From: an uncultured Campylobacter sp.
Lineage (GTDB): Bacteria; Campylobacterota; Campylobacteria; Campylobacterales; Campylobacteraceae
Reading direction: 5' to 3'
Length of the DNA: 40,983 nt
Assembly: GCA_963517705.1 (NCBI GenBank)
Contig: CAUQHH010000001.1
Coordinates: 1 to 40,983, forward strand
In this document: positions 11,138 through 22,419 of the stretch, piece after piece
Numbering within the stretch: position 1 is the first letter of the stretch
How the letters are laid out: each line of letters begins with the position of its first letter
Translations under genes and position numbers: made by a program
The notes under the pieces: model-generated
Databases searched by the model: none
What the model was told of the DNA's origin: nothing
The model's input: the letters and a program-made list of their open reading frames with translations, nothing else

Positions 11138-11323
11138 TTACCAGCTTGCTTTTTTTAGACCCGGGATTAGTCCCTCGTTGGCCATTTTTCTTAGGCATAC
11201 GCGGCAAATTCCAAAATCTTTATAAACCGAATGCGGGCGTCCGCAAATTTGGCATCTCGTATAGCCGCGAACCGCAAATTTAGGCTTCCTGGCAGCCTTT
11301 GCTATCATTGATTTTTTCGCCAT
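11138..11323 (-). CDS. rpsN: 30S ribosomal protein S14, zinc-binding type Z (start corrected to ATG 11323)
   Basis: [25 protein letters not shown] (61 aa). Confidence 0.97.
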   Translation of the reverse strand: MAKKSMIAKAARKPKFAVRGYTRCQICGRPHSVYKDFGICRVCLRKMANEGLIPGLKKASW

Positions 11324-11324
11324 A

Positions 11325-11870
11325 TTACTTTCCTTTCGCAAACGGCAAACCAAATAGCTCAAGCAATTTGAATGCCTCTTTGTCGCTGTTTGTCGTCGTG
11401 ACTATAACTATATTCATACCGTGAGTGCGTAAAATCTTATCATACTCGACCTCTGGGAACATTAGCTGCTCGTTAAGGCCGAAGTTATAGTTTCCGCATC
11501 CATCAAAACCGTCTTTTGGAAGGCCTCTAAAGTCCTTAACTCTCGGTAGCGCGATAGAGATTAGTTTGTCTAAAAACGCAAACATATTCTCTTTTCTAAG
11601 CGTTACTTTTACGCCGACAGGGAAACCCTCGCGCACTTTAAAGCCAGCAACCGATTTTTTAGCATCGGTAACTACGGCTTTTTGTCCGGCGATTAGCGAA
11701 ATAGTATCGGCGATGTTTTGAAGTTGCTTTTGATCTTTAGCAGATTCGCCAGCGCCTACGCTTATCACGATCTTTTCGATCGCAGGGATTAGCATAGGAT
11801 TTTTGATGTCGAATTCTTTAGCCAAAGCAGGCTTTACGACCTCGTTATATTTAGCTTTTAATCTATTCAT
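11325..11870 (-). CDS. rplE: 50S ribosomal protein L5
   Basis: [21 protein letters not shown]. Confidence 0.99.
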   Translation of the reverse strand: MNRLKAKYNEVVKPALAKEFDIKNPMLIPAIEKIVISVGAGESAKDQKQLQNIADTISLIAGQKAVVTDAKKSVAGFKVREGFPVGVKVTLRKENMFAFLDKLISIALPRVKDFRGLPKDGFDGCGNYNFGLNEQLMFPEVEYDKILRTHGMNIVIVTTTNSDKEAFKLLELFGLPFAKGK

Positions 11871-11872
11871 TT

Positions 11873-12109
11873 TCAGCCCTCAACTTTTGCAACATTTGAG
11901 ATATCAATAGGCATCTCTTTATTGATAAAGCCGCCGTTTGGGGTCTTTTCGCTAGGTTTTATAGCTTTTTTAGCTACCTTGCAGCCCTCGACGATGACTT
12001 GTCCTTTTTTGGCTAGGACGGATAAAATTTTACCTGTTTTACCTTTGTCGTCGCCTGCGATGATCTTAACGGTATCGCCTTTTTTTACTTTAAATTTAAC
12101 GTTAGCCAT
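11873..12109 (-). CDS. rplX: 50S ribosomal protein L24
   Basis: KOW motif [27 protein letters not shown]. Confidence 0.98.
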   Translation of the reverse strand: MANVKFKVKKGDTVKIIAGDDKGKTGKILSVLAKKGQVIVEGCKVAKKAIKPSEKTPNGGFINKEMPIDISNVAKVEG

Positions 12110-12477
12110 TATAACACCTCCGGAGCAAGCGAAACGATTTTCATAAAGTTAGCGTATCTAACCTCACGGCCGACCGGTCCAAAGATACGAGTACCGATAG
12201 GCTCGCGTTTGTTATCTAGGATGACGGCTGCGTTTTCGTCAAAGCGGATTAGCGAGCCGTTATCTCTTTGAACCTCTTTTTTAGTTCTTACGACAACTGC
12301 TTTTACCACTTGACCTTTTTTGATCTTACCGTTTGGAAGCGCCTTTTTGACCGAGCAGATGATAACGTCGCCAAGCGTCGCGTATCTTCTCTTGCTGCCG
12401 CCCAAAACCTTAATACACATTAGCTCTTTCGCGCCGCTATTGTCGGCGACCGTAAGCCTCGTAAAAGATTGTATCAT
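12109..12477 (-). CDS. rplN: 50S ribosomal protein L14
   Basis: [23 protein letters not shown]. Confidence 0.99.
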   Translation of the reverse strand: MIQSFTRLTVADNSGAKELMCIKVLGGSKRRYATLGDVIICSVKKALPNGKIKKGQVVKAVVVRTKKEVQRDNGSLIRFDENAAVILDNKREPIGTRIFGPVGREVRYANFMKIVSLAPEVL

Positions 12478-12728
12478 TACTCAACCCCCGTCGCTAAAAT
12501 AGTCTTTAAGCGGAAAGATTTTCTCGCGCTTAGCGGTCTGCATTCGATAGCTACGACCGTATCGCCCGCTTTTGTCTCGTTCTTTTCGTCGTGAATCATA
12601 TATTTTTTAAAGCGTTTTACGAATTTGTGGTATCTTGGGTGCATAACGCGTCTCTCAACCAAAATCGTAGCCGTCTTATCGCCGGCCTTTTGTAAAACGA
12701 CACCTTGAATTTCTCTTTTTAATGCCAT
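12477..12728 (-). CDS. rpsQ: 30S ribosomal protein S17
   Basis: [19 protein letters not shown]. Confidence 0.99.
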   Translation of the reverse strand: MALKREIQGVVLQKAGDKTATILVERRVMHPRYHKFVKRFKKYMIHDEKNETKAGDTVVAIECRPLSARKSFRLKTILATGVE

Positions 12729-12738
12729 TTCTCACCCC

Positions 12739-12924
12739 TTACTTTGAAGCGCTAATTGCAGTGTTGATTTGCGCTATTTCCTTGCGGACGGCGCTAATCT
12801 CGTTAGGGTTGCTTAGCTGCATAGTTTTTAGCTTTTGTCTTAAAGTAAATAAAAGCACCTTTTTCTCTTTCAATAACGCGTTAAGTTCTGCAACGCTTTT
12901 GTCTTTAATATCAGTATATTTCAT
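12739..12924 (-). CDS. rpmC: 50S ribosomal protein L29 (start set at ATG 12924)
   Basis: [20 protein letters not shown]; operon position. Confidence 0.96.
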   Translation of the reverse strand: MKYTDIKDKSVAELNALLKEKKVLLFTLRQKLKTMQLSNPNEISAVRKEIAQINTAISASK

Positions 12925-13336
12925 TTTCACTCTCTCGCGTTACGATTTTAGTCTTAAACGGAAGCTTGTGGATAGCTAGAGTTAGAGCTTCACGCGCTAA
13001 TTCCTCATCTACGCCCGCCATTTCGACTATTATACGACCTGGTTTTATGTTCATAACCCACTCTTCGACTCCGGCTTTACCTTTACCCATACGAGTTTGT
13101 AGAGGTTTTTTGGTTAGCGGCTTATCTGGGAAAACTCTGATCCAAGTTTTAGCCTGGCGTTTTACGTGGCGAGTTAGAGCCACACGAGCCGCTTCGATCT
13201 GGCGCGAATTTACGCGGCCCGCTTCTACGGCTTTTATTCCGATCTCGCCCATAGCAAGATCAGCACCGCGAGTAGCTTTACCGCGGTTTCTGCCTTTCAT
13301 CTGTTTGCGAAATTTAGTTCGTTTTGGCATCAACAT
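12911..13336 (-). CDS. rplP: 50S ribosomal protein L16
   Basis: [19 protein letters not shown]. Confidence 0.99.
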   Translation of the reverse strand: MLMPKRTKFRKQMKGRNRGKATRGADLAMGEIGIKAVEAGRVNSRQIEAARVALTRHVKRQAKTWIRVFPDKPLTKKPLQTRMGKGKAGVEEWVMNIKPGRIIVEMAGVDEELAREALTLAIHKLPFKTKIVTRESENEIY

Positions 13337-13338
13337 GA

Positions 13339-14040
13339 TTATTTACCTCTTCTTGCTCTGCGCGGTTTTTTATCAGCTTTTTCTTCTTCGTTTTTTTCAG
13401 GTTGAACGCCTTTTTGAAGAACCTCGCCTTTAAATATCCACACTTTTATGCCTATGTTTCCATAAGTCGTATGCGCTTCAGCAACGCCGTAATCGATCTT
13501 AGCTCTTAAAGTATGAAGCGGAACGCGACCCTCTAAGTACCACTCTGTTCTAGCGATTTCTGCACCGCCAAGACGTCCTGCAACTGAAATTTTGATACCT
13601 TTAGCGCCTGATTTTTGAGCGCCTTGGATAACTTTTTTCATTGCGCGTCTAAATGCAACGCGTTTTTCAAGCTGCATAGCTACGTTTTCCGCAGCCAGCT
13701 GAGCCGAAGCTTGAGCTTTTCTTTCTTCTTTGATATTTACGTTTACTTCTTTGTTGATCAGCTTTTGGATATCCTCTTTAAGCTTCTCTACGTCAGAGCC
13801 CTTTTTGCCGATGATAATACCAGGGCGAGCTGCTACGACGGTTACACGGATTTTCTTAGCCGTTCTCTCGATCAAAATTTGAGAAACGCCCGCGTAGTAA
13901 AGTTTCTTTTTCAAGAAAGCGCGAATTTTGTAGTCTTCGCCGATATTTTCAGCCAAAGTTCCTTTAGCGGGAAACCATCTTGACTCCCAGTTGCGGTTTA
14001 TTCCTAGTCTTAGACCTATCGGATTTACTTTCTGACCCAT
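13339..14040 (-). CDS. rpsC: 30S ribosomal protein S3
   Basis: [23 protein letters not shown]. Confidence 0.99.
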   Translation of the reverse strand: MGQKVNPIGLRLGINRNWESRWFPAKGTLAENIGEDYKIRAFLKKKLYYAGVSQILIERTAKKIRVTVVAARPGIIIGKKGSDVEKLKEDIQKLINKEVNVNIKEERKAQASAQLAAENVAMQLEKRVAFRRAMKKVIQGAQKSGAKGIKISVAGRLGGAEIARTEWYLEGRVPLHTLRAKIDYGVAEAHTTYGNIGIKVWIFKGEVLQKGVQPEKNEEEKADKKPRRARRGK

Positions 14041-14041
14041 A

Positions 14042-14374
14042 TTACGCTTCCTTCTTTTCAGGTTTAGATACTTCTACTAAGATATGAGAAGTCGGTTTGC
14101 GGATTCTGCTTGCGCTTCCTCTCGCTCGCGGTCTAAATCTTTTTAATACTGGGCCTGCGTCTACGCGGCAGCTTGTCACGATAACCTCTTCAGGCTCGAA
14201 TCCGCCGTTAGCTACCGCCGAGCTGATAGCCGTAGCGATAAATTTGGCGCCGCGGTTTGGCATAAAGCTAAGGCTAGCTAGTGCAAATTCGGCGTTCATG
14301 CCTTGTACTTCTCTTGCGATTAGTCTGGCTTTAGTCGGAGATAGTCTTACGAATTTAATAATTGATTTGCTCAT
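14042..14374 (-). CDS. rplV: 50S ribosomal protein L22
   Basis: [22 protein letters not shown]. Confidence 0.99.
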   Translation of the reverse strand: MSKSIIKFVRLSPTKARLIAREVQGMNAEFALASLSFMPNRGAKFIATAISSAVANGGFEPEEVIVTSCRVDAGPVLKRFRPRARGSASRIRKPTSHILVEVSKPEKKEA

Positions 14375-14383
14375 CTTATCCCC

Positions 14384-14665
14384 TTACTTACCGATTTTCT
14401 TTTGCACTGAGCCTTTGTGGCCCTTAAATGTGCGCGTAGGAGCAAATTCGCCTAGTTTATATCCGATGTGGTTTTCCGTAACGTATACTGGAATGAAGCT
14501 CTTGCCGTTATGAACGTTAAACGTTAGGCCTATCATTTCAGGCACTATCGTGCTGCGTCTAGACCATGTTTTTATCGGCTTGTTGTCGTTAGCTTTTTTA
14601 GCGGCAACGACTTTTTTCATTACATGCTCATCGACAAAAGGTCCTTTTTTGAGTGATCTTGCCAT
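14384..14665 (-). CDS. rpsS: 30S ribosomal protein S19
   Basis: [28 protein letters not shown]. Confidence 0.99.
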   Translation of the reverse strand: MARSLKKGPFVDEHVMKKVVAAKKANDNKPIKTWSRRSTIVPEMIGLTFNVHNGKSFIPVYVTENHIGYKLGEFAPTRTFKGHKGSVQKKIGK

Positions 14666-14667
14666 CT

Positions 14668-15498
14668 CTATTTACCTTTCCTTCTTGAAATTATAAGCTT
14701 ATCGCTAGCCTTTTTGCGGCGAGTCTTAGCACCTTTAGTCGGTTTACCCCATGGAGTAACAGGATGACGGCCAGAGTTTTTCTTGCCTTCACCACCGCCG
14801 TGCGGGTGATCTACTGGGTTCATCGCAGAACCGCGAGTTTGAGGACGGATACCTCTGTGGCGGTTACGTCCGGCTTTACCGATAGTTACGTTCGCCCAGT
14901 CTTCGTTACCTACTACGCCGATACTAGCCATGCACTCTGCAAGCACTTGTCTCATCTCGCCGCTTGGCAAGCGAAGCATTACGTATTTTTCCTCTTTACC
15001 CATTAGCTGAGCATAACCGCCGGCTGAACGAGCCATCTGAGCGCCCTTGCCCGGTTTTAGCTCCACGTTGTGTACGATAGTACCAACAGGGATGTTTCTT
15101 AATTTCATTGCGTTGCCAGGTTTTATATCTAGACCTGCCTCGGCTGCTGCTACTACATCACCAACATTTAGTCCGTTTGGTCTAATGATGTAGCGTTTTT
15201 CGCCGTCTTTATAAGCGATAAGCGCGATGCGGCAGTTTCTGTTCGGATCGTACTCGATAGCTTCGACTTTACCTTCGATACCGAATTTGCGGCGTTTAAA
15301 GTCGATGATTCTATAAAGCTTCTTCGCTCCGCCTTCTTTATGTCTAGAAGTTATTCTACCATTGCTATTTCTACCGCCGCTTACAGGGATCTTTACAAGC
15401 AAGCTTCTCACGCTAGGTTTAGCGGTGATATCCTCGCTCGATAAGCCCGTCATAAATCTGCGGCTAGGTGTATAAGGTTTATAGGTTTTTATCGCCAT
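14668..15498 (-). CDS. rplB: 50S ribosomal protein L2
   Basis: [20 protein letters not shown]. Confidence 0.99.
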   Translation of the reverse strand: MAIKTYKPYTPSRRFMTGLSSEDITAKPSVRSLLVKIPVSGGRNSNGRITSRHKEGGAKKLYRIIDFKRRKFGIEGKVEAIEYDPNRNCRIALIAYKDGEKRYIIRPNGLNVGDVVAAAEAGLDIKPGNAMKLRNIPVGTIVHNVELKPGKGAQMARSAGGYAQLMGKEEKYVMLRLPSGEMRQVLAECMASIGVVGNEDWANVTIGKAGRNRHRGIRPQTRGSAMNPVDHPHGGGEGKKNSGRHPVTPWGKPTKGAKTRRKKASDKLIISRRKGK

Positions 15499-15499
15499 C

Positions 15500-15781
15500 T
15501 TACGCCTCCGTGTTTTCTAGGCTTGAGCCTTCAGGCAACTGAACGTAAAATTTCTTTATCTCGTTGCGTTGACCTTCTCTTCCTTTGAAACGCTTAACTT
15601 TTCCGTCGATTCTAAGCGAATTTACGCGAAGCGGCGTTACCCCAAAATATTCTTTCAAAATTTCTTTCAGCCTATTTTTAGTCATCTTAGGCGAAGTTTG
15701 TATAACGACCACGCCTTGCTCTTGAAGACCGAGAGTTTTTTCCGTATATAAAATCGTTTTGATATCAGTTATATCTGCCAT
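15500..15781 (-). CDS. rplW: 50S ribosomal protein L23
   Basis: [25 protein letters not shown]; operon position. Confidence 0.97.
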   Translation of the reverse strand: MADITDIKTILYTEKTLGLQEQGVVVIQTSPKMTKNRLKEILKEYFGVTPLRVNSLRIDGKVKRFKGREGQRNEIKKFYVQLPEGSSLENTEA

Positions 15782-15782
15782 T

Positions 15783-16397
15783 TCAGCCCTCTTTTATTAT
15801 AGTTTCAAGTGCGGCCTTCTCGATAACGACGGCACCGTAAGTGGCCACTAAGTAAGCGTTTATCTCGCTCGCATCGATTAGATAGCAGTTTGATAGATTT
15901 CTAAACGCGAGTAACGTATTGTCGTCAAGCAGATCTTTTACAACCAAAGCGTCTCTCAAATTTAACGCGCTGATTATTTTAGCCGCGTCTTTAGTCTTGC
16001 CGCTTGCGATCTCTATGCTATCTACCGCGAAAATTTTACCCACGTTAGCTTTTTCGTTTAGCGCGAACTCAAGCGCCAATCTTTTTTGCTTTTTATTGAC
16101 CTTTTGGAAGTAGTTTCGCTCGTTGCTCGGACCAAACGCCACCGCGCCACCTACCCAGACGTTAGTTCTGGTTGAGCCCGCTCTAGCGCCGCCGCGACCT
16201 TTTTGTCTCCACGGTTTTTTACCGCCGCCGCTTACGAAAGCTCTGGTTTTGGTGTGAGCCGAATTTGAACGCATACCGGACAAATAAGACTTAACGTAAA
16301 GATATAGGTTGTGCGGGTTGATCTGGGCGTAATTGGCCGGTAGATCAAGCTCGCTAGCTTTTTGTAATTTTTCGTTTAATACGCAAACTTTACTCAT
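15783..16397 (-). CDS. rplD: 50S ribosomal protein L4
   Basis: [21 protein letters not shown]. Confidence 0.99.
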   Translation of the reverse strand: MSKVCVLNEKLQKASELDLPANYAQINPHNLYLYVKSYLSGMRSNSAHTKTRAFVSGGGKKPWRQKGRGGARAGSTRTNVWVGGAVAFGPSNERNYFQKVNKKQKRLALEFALNEKANVGKIFAVDSIEIASGKTKDAAKIISALNLRDALVVKDLLDDNTLLAFRNLSNCYLIDASEINAYLVATYGAVVIEKAALETIIKEG

Positions 16398-16972
16398 TTT
16401 ACTATCCTTATTCTGCCCATTGCGCCGTTATAGCCAGCGACGCTGCCTTTTAAAACCAAAATTCCGTTTTCGGCGTCAAAGCTTACGATCTCGTTTTTAA
16501 CGGTAACTTTTTCGTTTCCGGTGTGTCCGGCCATCTTCATACCAGGCTGAACGCGTCCCGGCCACTCGCGGTTACCGATAGAGCCGTGTCTTTTGTGGAA
16601 GCGAGAACCATGGCTTTTTGGGCCACCCGCAAACCCGTGTCTTTTCACGACGCCTTGATAGCCTTTGCCTTTTGAGCTGAAGCTAACTTTTAAAATTTTA
16701 GCCGAACTAAGCGGACTAAAATCAAGATCGCCCGCCTCTTTATTGGCGACTTGTAGGGTTGCGAATTTATTAAATTCCGCCGTTAGGCTATATTTTTTTT
16801 GCTGACCCTCTATGGCTTTATTTTTTGCTTTACCTTTAGCATAAGCTACTATAGCGCAGCCGCATTCACTCACTTCGCAAACTTTAGCGTTTACGACCTT
16901 TAGAAGCGTAACGGGGATGCTTGGGTTGTTTACCGTTCTGCTCATGCCTATTTTTTCTACGATATATTCCAT
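16394..16972 (-). CDS. rplC: 50S ribosomal protein L3
   Basis: [29 protein letters not shown]. Confidence 0.99.
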   Translation of the reverse strand: MEYIVEKIGMSRTVNNPSIPVTLLKVVNAKVCEVSECGCAIVAYAKGKAKNKAIEGQQKKYSLTAEFNKFATLQVANKEAGDLDFSPLSSAKILKVSFSSKGKGYQGVVKRHGFAGGPKSHGSRFHKRHGSIGNREWPGRVQPGMKMAGHTGNEKVTVKNEIVSFDAENGILVLKGSVAGYNGAMGRIRIVK

Positions 16973-16986
16973 CTTTCACCTCGCCT

Positions 16987-17298
16987 TTATTTGCCCATCG
17001 CGCGGACTTCGACGTTAACCTCAGGGGCTAAGTCGAGCTTTGTTAGCGAGTCGACGGTATCGGGCGTAGCCGCTACGATATCTAGCATTCTAGCGTGAAT
17101 TCTCATTTCAAACTGCTCGCGTGAGTCTTTGTTGATGTGTGGTGATTTTAAGACCGTGTAGCGTTTGATCTTCGTAGGCATCGGCACCGGACCTCTGACG
17201 TCGGCGCCCGTTCGTTTGACAGCTTCTACTATGGCTGCAACTGTGCGGTCGAGAACTCTATGGTCATAAGCTTTAAGCTTAAGCCTGATTCTTTCCAT
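16987..17298 (-). CDS. rpsJ: 30S ribosomal protein S10 (start corrected to ATG 17298)
   Basis: [30 protein letters not shown], preceded by an AAAGGA SD. Confidence 0.99.
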   Translation of the reverse strand: MERIRLKLKAYDHRVLDRTVAAIVEAVKRTGADVRGPVPMPTKIKRYTVLKSPHINKDSREQFEMRIHARMLDIVAATPDTVDSLTKLDLAPEVNVEVRAMGK

Positions 17299-17364
17299 TT
17301 TCTTTCCTTTGAATAGAACTTGTCGCAAACATACGACACTTCTTAACTTGTGTAAGAGACTCGG

Positions 17365-17393
17365 ATTTTATCCAAATGGCTTTTTAAAGTCAA
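17365..17393 (-). promoter_or_regulatory. sigma70 promoter of the S10 operon
   Basis: Minus strand TTGACT (17393-17388), 17-bp spacer, TAAAAT (17370-17365). Confidence 0.75.
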
Positions 17394-17693
17394 TATTTTG
17401 AGCAAATTTGATGAAATTTAATAAAATTATTTCCTTTTTATAAGGAAATTTTTGCAAATTTGGCTGGAAACTTAAGGCAAAATTTTTCAATTTGATTTGG
17501 GATAAATTTGAACGGGTTTATTTGGGCGCAAATTTGATTCAAATAAAATTTGCTCGCATTTTTACCATTCAAATTTAACGCATTTTCTTTTAAATTTGAG
17601 TAATTTTTGATAGTTTTTTTGACGACAAATTTTAATTATCTTCCTCTTTATAAGGAAACTTCGCTATAATTTTCCAAATTTTAAAGGCTAAAA

Positions 17694-18788
17694 ATGCAGA
17701 CTCTAAACGCGCTATATCAAAGCCCGCCGAAAAATATTAAATTTATAAATAGAAAATTTGAGATCACGGCGCAGAAAACGCTTATAAAAGGCAGCATAGG
17801 AAGCGGCAAAACATCGCTGATCGCAGGCTTTTTGTCGGCGTTTGAGAGTAAAGAGTTTTTGTACGTAAATTTAGGCGACCTTCGCATAGACGCGGATGAG
17901 ATATTGTCAAATTTGCCCGAGTTTTTACGCCAAAATCCGCAGATAAAAATTCTAGCGGTCGATGATTTCGAGCAGAGATTTCAGGATAAATTTGAGCCGA
18001 TTTTAGAGCTAAATTTGCAAAATTTTGTCGTCGCCTCTCGGTTTAAAGACGTCAATTTAAACGGCTTTAGCGAGCTAAATTTGGATTTTTTAGACTACGA
18101 GGAGTTTATCGCATTTTTTTCAAAAAAGTTCGATCCCGAGACGCTTTTTAGCCACTTTTTGCTTCACGGTAGGAGCCCGGCATCGGCCTTTTGCGATGCC
18201 GAAAACGTCGCGACAAATCTGCAAACCGCGCTAAAATCGTCTCTATCCGCCACGCAACTAGCCGTGCTAAAAGAGTGCGCGAAGGCTCAAGCGCAAAACG
18301 TGAGCGTTTTTGAGATTTTTAGCACGTTAAAATCCGCCCGAAAAATCTCGAAAGATAGCGTCTACGGCGCGCTTAGCGAGCTAGAAAACATGAGCGCTGT
18401 TAGCCTGGTAGAGAAATTTAACGAGCCAAACGCCGCAAAGAGGCTTTATTTTAACGACTTTGCGTTTAAAAGCGCGCTAAGCCTAAAAAAGGACTTCGCT
18501 AAAAATTTTAACAACACGGTTTTTTGCGAGCTGGCCAAATTTAACGAGCAGATTTTTTATACGAAAGAGCTTGATTTTTTCCTGCCAAAAAGGAAACTTG
18601 CTATCATTTGCTCACCGTTTAGCGATGCGGATTTGGTCTTTTTAAAATTTAAAAAACTACACGCAAATTTAAAAATTTTAGGTATAAATAGGCTACAAGC
18701 AATCAGCGTGGCAAACTCGGGCGAGACGAGCATAGAGGGCATAAAATGCGAGGTCGCGCCGTTTTCGCGCTGGGCGCTGGGCATATAA
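17694..18788 (+). CDS. AAA+ family ATP-binding protein (AAA_14/DUF4143-like)
   Basis: Walker A GSIGSGKT, Walker B ILAVDDFE, central HTH-like segment, KRLYFND and ELDFF motifs; TATAAT at 17665-17670. Confidence 0.8.
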   Translation: MQTLNALYQSPPKNIKFINRKFEITAQKTLIKGSIGSGKTSLIAGFLSAFESKEFLYVNLGDLRIDADEILSNLPEFLRQNPQIKILAVDDFEQRFQDKFEPILELNLQNFVVASRFKDVNLNGFSELNLDFLDYEEFIAFFSKKFDPETLFSHFLLHGRSPASAFCDAENVATNLQTALKSSLSATQLAVLKECAKAQAQNVSVFEIFSTLKSARKISKDSVYGALSELENMSAVSLVEKFNEPNAAKRLYFNDFAFKSALSLKKDFAKNFNNTVFCELAKFNEQIFYTKELDFFLPKRKLAIICSPFSDADLVFLKFKKLHANLKILGINRLQAISVANSGETSIEGIKCEVAPFSRWALGI

Positions 18789-18799
18789 AAGGAGCGATT

Positions 18800-19681
18800 A
18801 TGAGAGCGGCTATAGCGCTATTTTTAGCCTGCGTTTTGGCGCTAGGCTACGAGATCAGACACGAAAACGAGGGCAAAATTTATAAATTTGCAGGCGAGGC
18901 AGACGGGAGTAAATTCGAGCTCTACATCAGCGAGCTTGAGACTGAGTTTGAAAATTTTAGCGATAAGGGCGTCGTTTTGCCGCCTAAATTTCAAGGGCAC
19001 GCATTTTTTGAGGGCGCCAGATACGACTTTACCAAAGGCGGCATCGAAAAATCGGACGCCGCTATAACGGCCGTAAGCGCGGTCACCGAGTGGCTAAATC
19101 TAAGCGTAAAAGCGGATAACGGCGAACTGACGGGCAAGCTAGCGATCAGAGGCAAGGCGCGAAAAGCCGTGCTAAAGCAGGTCGCAAGCTATGATTTTGC
19201 CGCGCTCGGGCTGCAAGAGATCGGGCGAGACGGGGCGCGATTTGAGGCCGTCGCGAGCGACTTTTACGCGCCTAAATTTGCGCAAAATAACAAAAAATCT
19301 CTCGCCGCAAAACTTGCAAATTTTAAAACAACATGGCTCAAAGACCCCTCAAAAAACGCCGCAAACGCGCTAAATAACCTCGAGTATCAAAACGGCAAAA
19401 TAAGAAGCGTCTGCGAACTCGGCGCGAGCGGAAAAATATGCAAAACCGTCTGGCTAAAAAACCTAAAAAAGATAAATTTGAGCGACGTTTTTAAGGATTT
19501 AAACGACGTAAATTTGACCGCGATTTTCGCAAAAGAAAAGATAACTCCGAGCGAAAATTTTACGCTCTCGCCAAGCGGCATTACATTTTTTGACGGCACG
19601 GCCGGCGGCAAAAACAGCGAGATCTCGCTACCGCTTGAGCCCATCAAAGAGCATTTAAAGCAAAATTTCGGGCTGTTTTAG
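18800..19681 (+). CDS. secreted/periplasmic hypothetical protein (start set at ATG 18800)
   Basis: AAGGAG SD before ATG 18800; signal peptide MRAAIALFLACVLALG. Confidence 0.8.
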   Translation: MRAAIALFLACVLALGYEIRHENEGKIYKFAGEADGSKFELYISELETEFENFSDKGVVLPPKFQGHAFFEGARYDFTKGGIEKSDAAITAVSAVTEWLNLSVKADNGELTGKLAIRGKARKAVLKQVASYDFAALGLQEIGRDGARFEAVASDFYAPKFAQNNKKSLAAKLANFKTTWLKDPSKNAANALNNLEYQNGKIRSVCELGASGKICKTVWLKNLKKINLSDVFKDLNDVNLTAIFAKEKITPSENFTLSPSGITFFDGTAGGKNSEISLPLEPIKEHLKQNFGLF

Positions 19682-19774
19682 CCAATTTTTTGAAAAATGG
19701 AAGGCAAAATTTGATACGAATCAAACCGAAATTTGACGGCTTAGATTCTAAAAAACTTACACAAAAGCATAAAG

Positions 19775-20350
19775 ATGAAAAACAAATCTGACGCCCAAAT
19801 CTGCGGCATCGATGAAGCCGGTCGCGGCGCGCTGGCTGGGCCCTTAGCAGTAGCTGCATGCGTGCTAAAGCGCGAGATGGCGGGGCTAAACGACTCAAAA
19901 AAACTGACTGAAAAGCGGCGCGAGGAGCTGTTTAACCAGATCGTCAAAAGTTCGGAATTTCTCATCGTATATTTTTCAAACGAACAAATCGACGAGCTAG
20001 GCCTTAGCGAGTGCCTCAGACGCGCACTGCGGCTGTTTATGGCGCATTTTACGAACTGCGAGCTGCTCTACGACGGCAACGTAAACTACGGCACCGGCAT
20101 AAAAACGATGGTCGGAGCCGACGGCAAGGTCGCGCAGGTGAGCGCCGCAAGCATCCTAGCCAAGGTAAGCCGCGACGCACTGATGAGGGCGTGGGACGGC
20201 GTGTATACGGGCTACGGATATGCCGCGCACAAAGGATACGGCACGAAAGCACATCTAGACGCGATCGCGAGGCTTGGCGACTCGCCGCTGCAAAGGCGCA
20301 GCTTTCGCGTGAAAAGCTTTGAACGCGGGCTATTTGACGAACCAATTTGA
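19775..20350 (+). CDS. rnhB: ribonuclease HII
   Basis: [34 protein letters not shown]. Confidence 0.97.
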   Translation: MKNKSDAQICGIDEAGRGALAGPLAVAACVLKREMAGLNDSKKLTEKRREELFNQIVKSSEFLIVYFSNEQIDELGLSECLRRALRLFMAHFTNCELLYDGNVNYGTGIKTMVGADGKVAQVSAASILAKVSRDALMRAWDGVYTGYGYAAHKGYGTKAHLDAIARLGDSPLQRRSFRVKSFERGLFDEPI

Positions 20351-21204
20351 CTTTGCGTAGACTTGTTTTCGTAAAATAGATTGAACATTTGCGCGACGGT
20401 AAATTATACGAATTTTACGCATAAACGTCAAAAACTAAAACTGGAATGTCTTTAAATTTAGCCGTTTTATCGGCGACCTTATGAGTGACCGAATTATGCG
20501 ATACAGCCTAATTGCCAAATTTGATTTTACAAGAAAACAAGAGTAAATTTGATATTTACGCATACTTCTGATCCCCAGGACAGCTCTCGTTCGACGTAGC
20601 GTAAAACTGCAAATTTGGCTTATTTCGCAGGAGATGTTTTAGAGATCTACAAAACTCCTCGTAAACGTCATAAACAGACTCGTCCGTGTAAATATCGTGC
20701 CAATGCATGGATTTCCGAGCTTCGTAGCCTGATTGTCGCGATTTTTTGAGGGCGTATTTGCGCTTGGCGTTAGGATTAAAAAGTCTAAATTTACGCGCTT
20801 CTAGCCCCTCGCTGTGCCCTATTTTTCTATGATTTATTGCATAAATTTTAGATATTTTACGGCGCCTGCGAGCAAATTTCCTAAGCCGCCGTGTGAGACA
20901 TTTTTATATCAAATGCGTCCGTTACGCCATTTTTCTCGACGTTTATGTCGTAAATATAAATTTGCCAAATACCTTTGTCGTTCGCAAATTTGATACGCTT
21001 GTGGATATCAAAAATCGCGCGAAAATACCCGATTTTCTTATAAATTTTGCGGTGAGATTTTATGTATTTGTAGACAAAATTTGCAGCCTTCTCACCCAAA
21101 CGCAAGCAAAAATCTTCACAAATTCCGCGCATGGAGCGTCCGTTTTGATTAAAAACCGCGTCGCCCGATTTCTCTTTGTTTAGCACGCGGCTCATTTTTT
21201 GGAG

Positions 21205-22419
21205 TTAGCCGTAAATTTTCTTTAAATTCGCAAGATTTGCGCTCAAATTTAAAAGTAGCATATCGGCTGTTACGAGCCTTGCCATCGCGGTGGCTACGAC
21301 GCTACCGCGCACTCCGATACACGGATCATGCCGTCCGCGCAGCTCGCAGATGACGTCCTCGCCGCGCACGTTTTGCGTCGGCTGAGATAAAAATATCGAC
21401 GGAGTCGGCTTAAAATGCGTCTTTATCACAATCTCCTGCCCGCTCGTCATGCCGCCTAGTGTTCCGCCCGCGTGATTTGAGACAAAGCCGAATTCGTCGT
21501 TCAAATTTAAGTCGCAGCAAGCCGCGCCGTCCGCCTCGCTTTTAAATTCGTCAAATTTGCCGCTGTTTAAATTTGACCGCTCATCCACGCCGTCAAGAGC
21601 AGGGTTATTTACACTCAAATTTGCGCCCGCATGCGCCGCGCCCATCGAGTCGTTATTTTGGCTGCCACGCATCTTGCTAGCACTCACGCCCTCACCGATC
21701 TCTACGGCTTTGACGCCGTTTATTCCCATCATCGCAGCCGCGATTGCCGCATCAAATTTATAGTATAACCCCTCGCCAAGTCCCGCCGGTGCGCCGCGGA
21801 TAACAGTGACGACGCTAGCTCCGACGCTGTCGTGCCCCTGCTTGGCTTTTAGGATTTCCTCTTTCATCGCCTCTTCGTTACCCAGCGAAAATATCTCCGA
21901 TCGCGCCGCGAGATCAAAGTCTAACCGCTCGCCGCACGAAATTTCGCCCACGCTCGCCACGCCGCTTTGCACGCTGACGCCAAACTCGCCCAGTAAAATT
22001 TGAGCTATCGCTCCGCCCGCCACGCGCACGGCCGTCTCTCTAGCCGAGCTGCGTCCGCCGCCTCTGTGGTCGCGGATGCCGTATTTGCGGTAGTAGGCGT
22101 AGTCGGCGTGACCTGGACGAAAGAGCTCGCGTAAATTTTCGTAATCGCCCGATTTTTGATTTTCGTTTAGGATGATAAAGCCGATCGGAGTGCCCGTGCT
22201 GACGCCTTCAAACATGCCGCTTAAAATCTCGACGCGGTCGCCTTCGCTCCTGGCCGTGGCAAATTTCGAGCCGCCGGGTTTTCGTTTGTCAAGCTCGCTT
22301 TGGATAAAATTTAAATCAATACGCACGCCTGCAGGAAAGCCGTCGAGCACGCCGCCGATCGCCGCTGCGTGACTCTCTCCAAACGTCGTTAGCGTTAGTT
22401 TGCGTCCAAAGGTGTTCAC
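21205..22419 (-). CDS. aroC: chorismate synthase (with an internal insertion of about 45-50 aa)
   Basis: TFGESH, RPGHADY, RGGGRSSARETA, KPTPSI, GRHDPC. Confidence 0.98.
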   Translation of the reverse strand: MNTFGRKLTLTTFGESHAAAIGGVLDGFPAGVRIDLNFIQSELDKRKPGGSKFATARSEGDRVEILSGMFEGVSTGTPIGFIILNENQKSGDYENLRELFRPGHADYAYYRKYGIRDHRGGGRSSARETAVRVAGGAIAQILLGEFGVSVQSGVASVGEISCGERLDFDLAARSEIFSLGNEEAMKEEILKAKQGHDSVGASVVTVIRGAPAGLGEGLYYKFDAAIAAAMMGINGVKAVEIGEGVSASKMRGSQNNDSMGAAHAGANLSVNNPALDGVDERSNLNSGKFDEFKSEADGAACCDLNLNDEFGFVSNHAGGTLGGMTSGQEIVIKTHFKPTPSIFLSQPTQNVRGEDVICELRGRHDPCIGVRGSVVATAMARLVTADMLLLNLSANLANLKKIYG

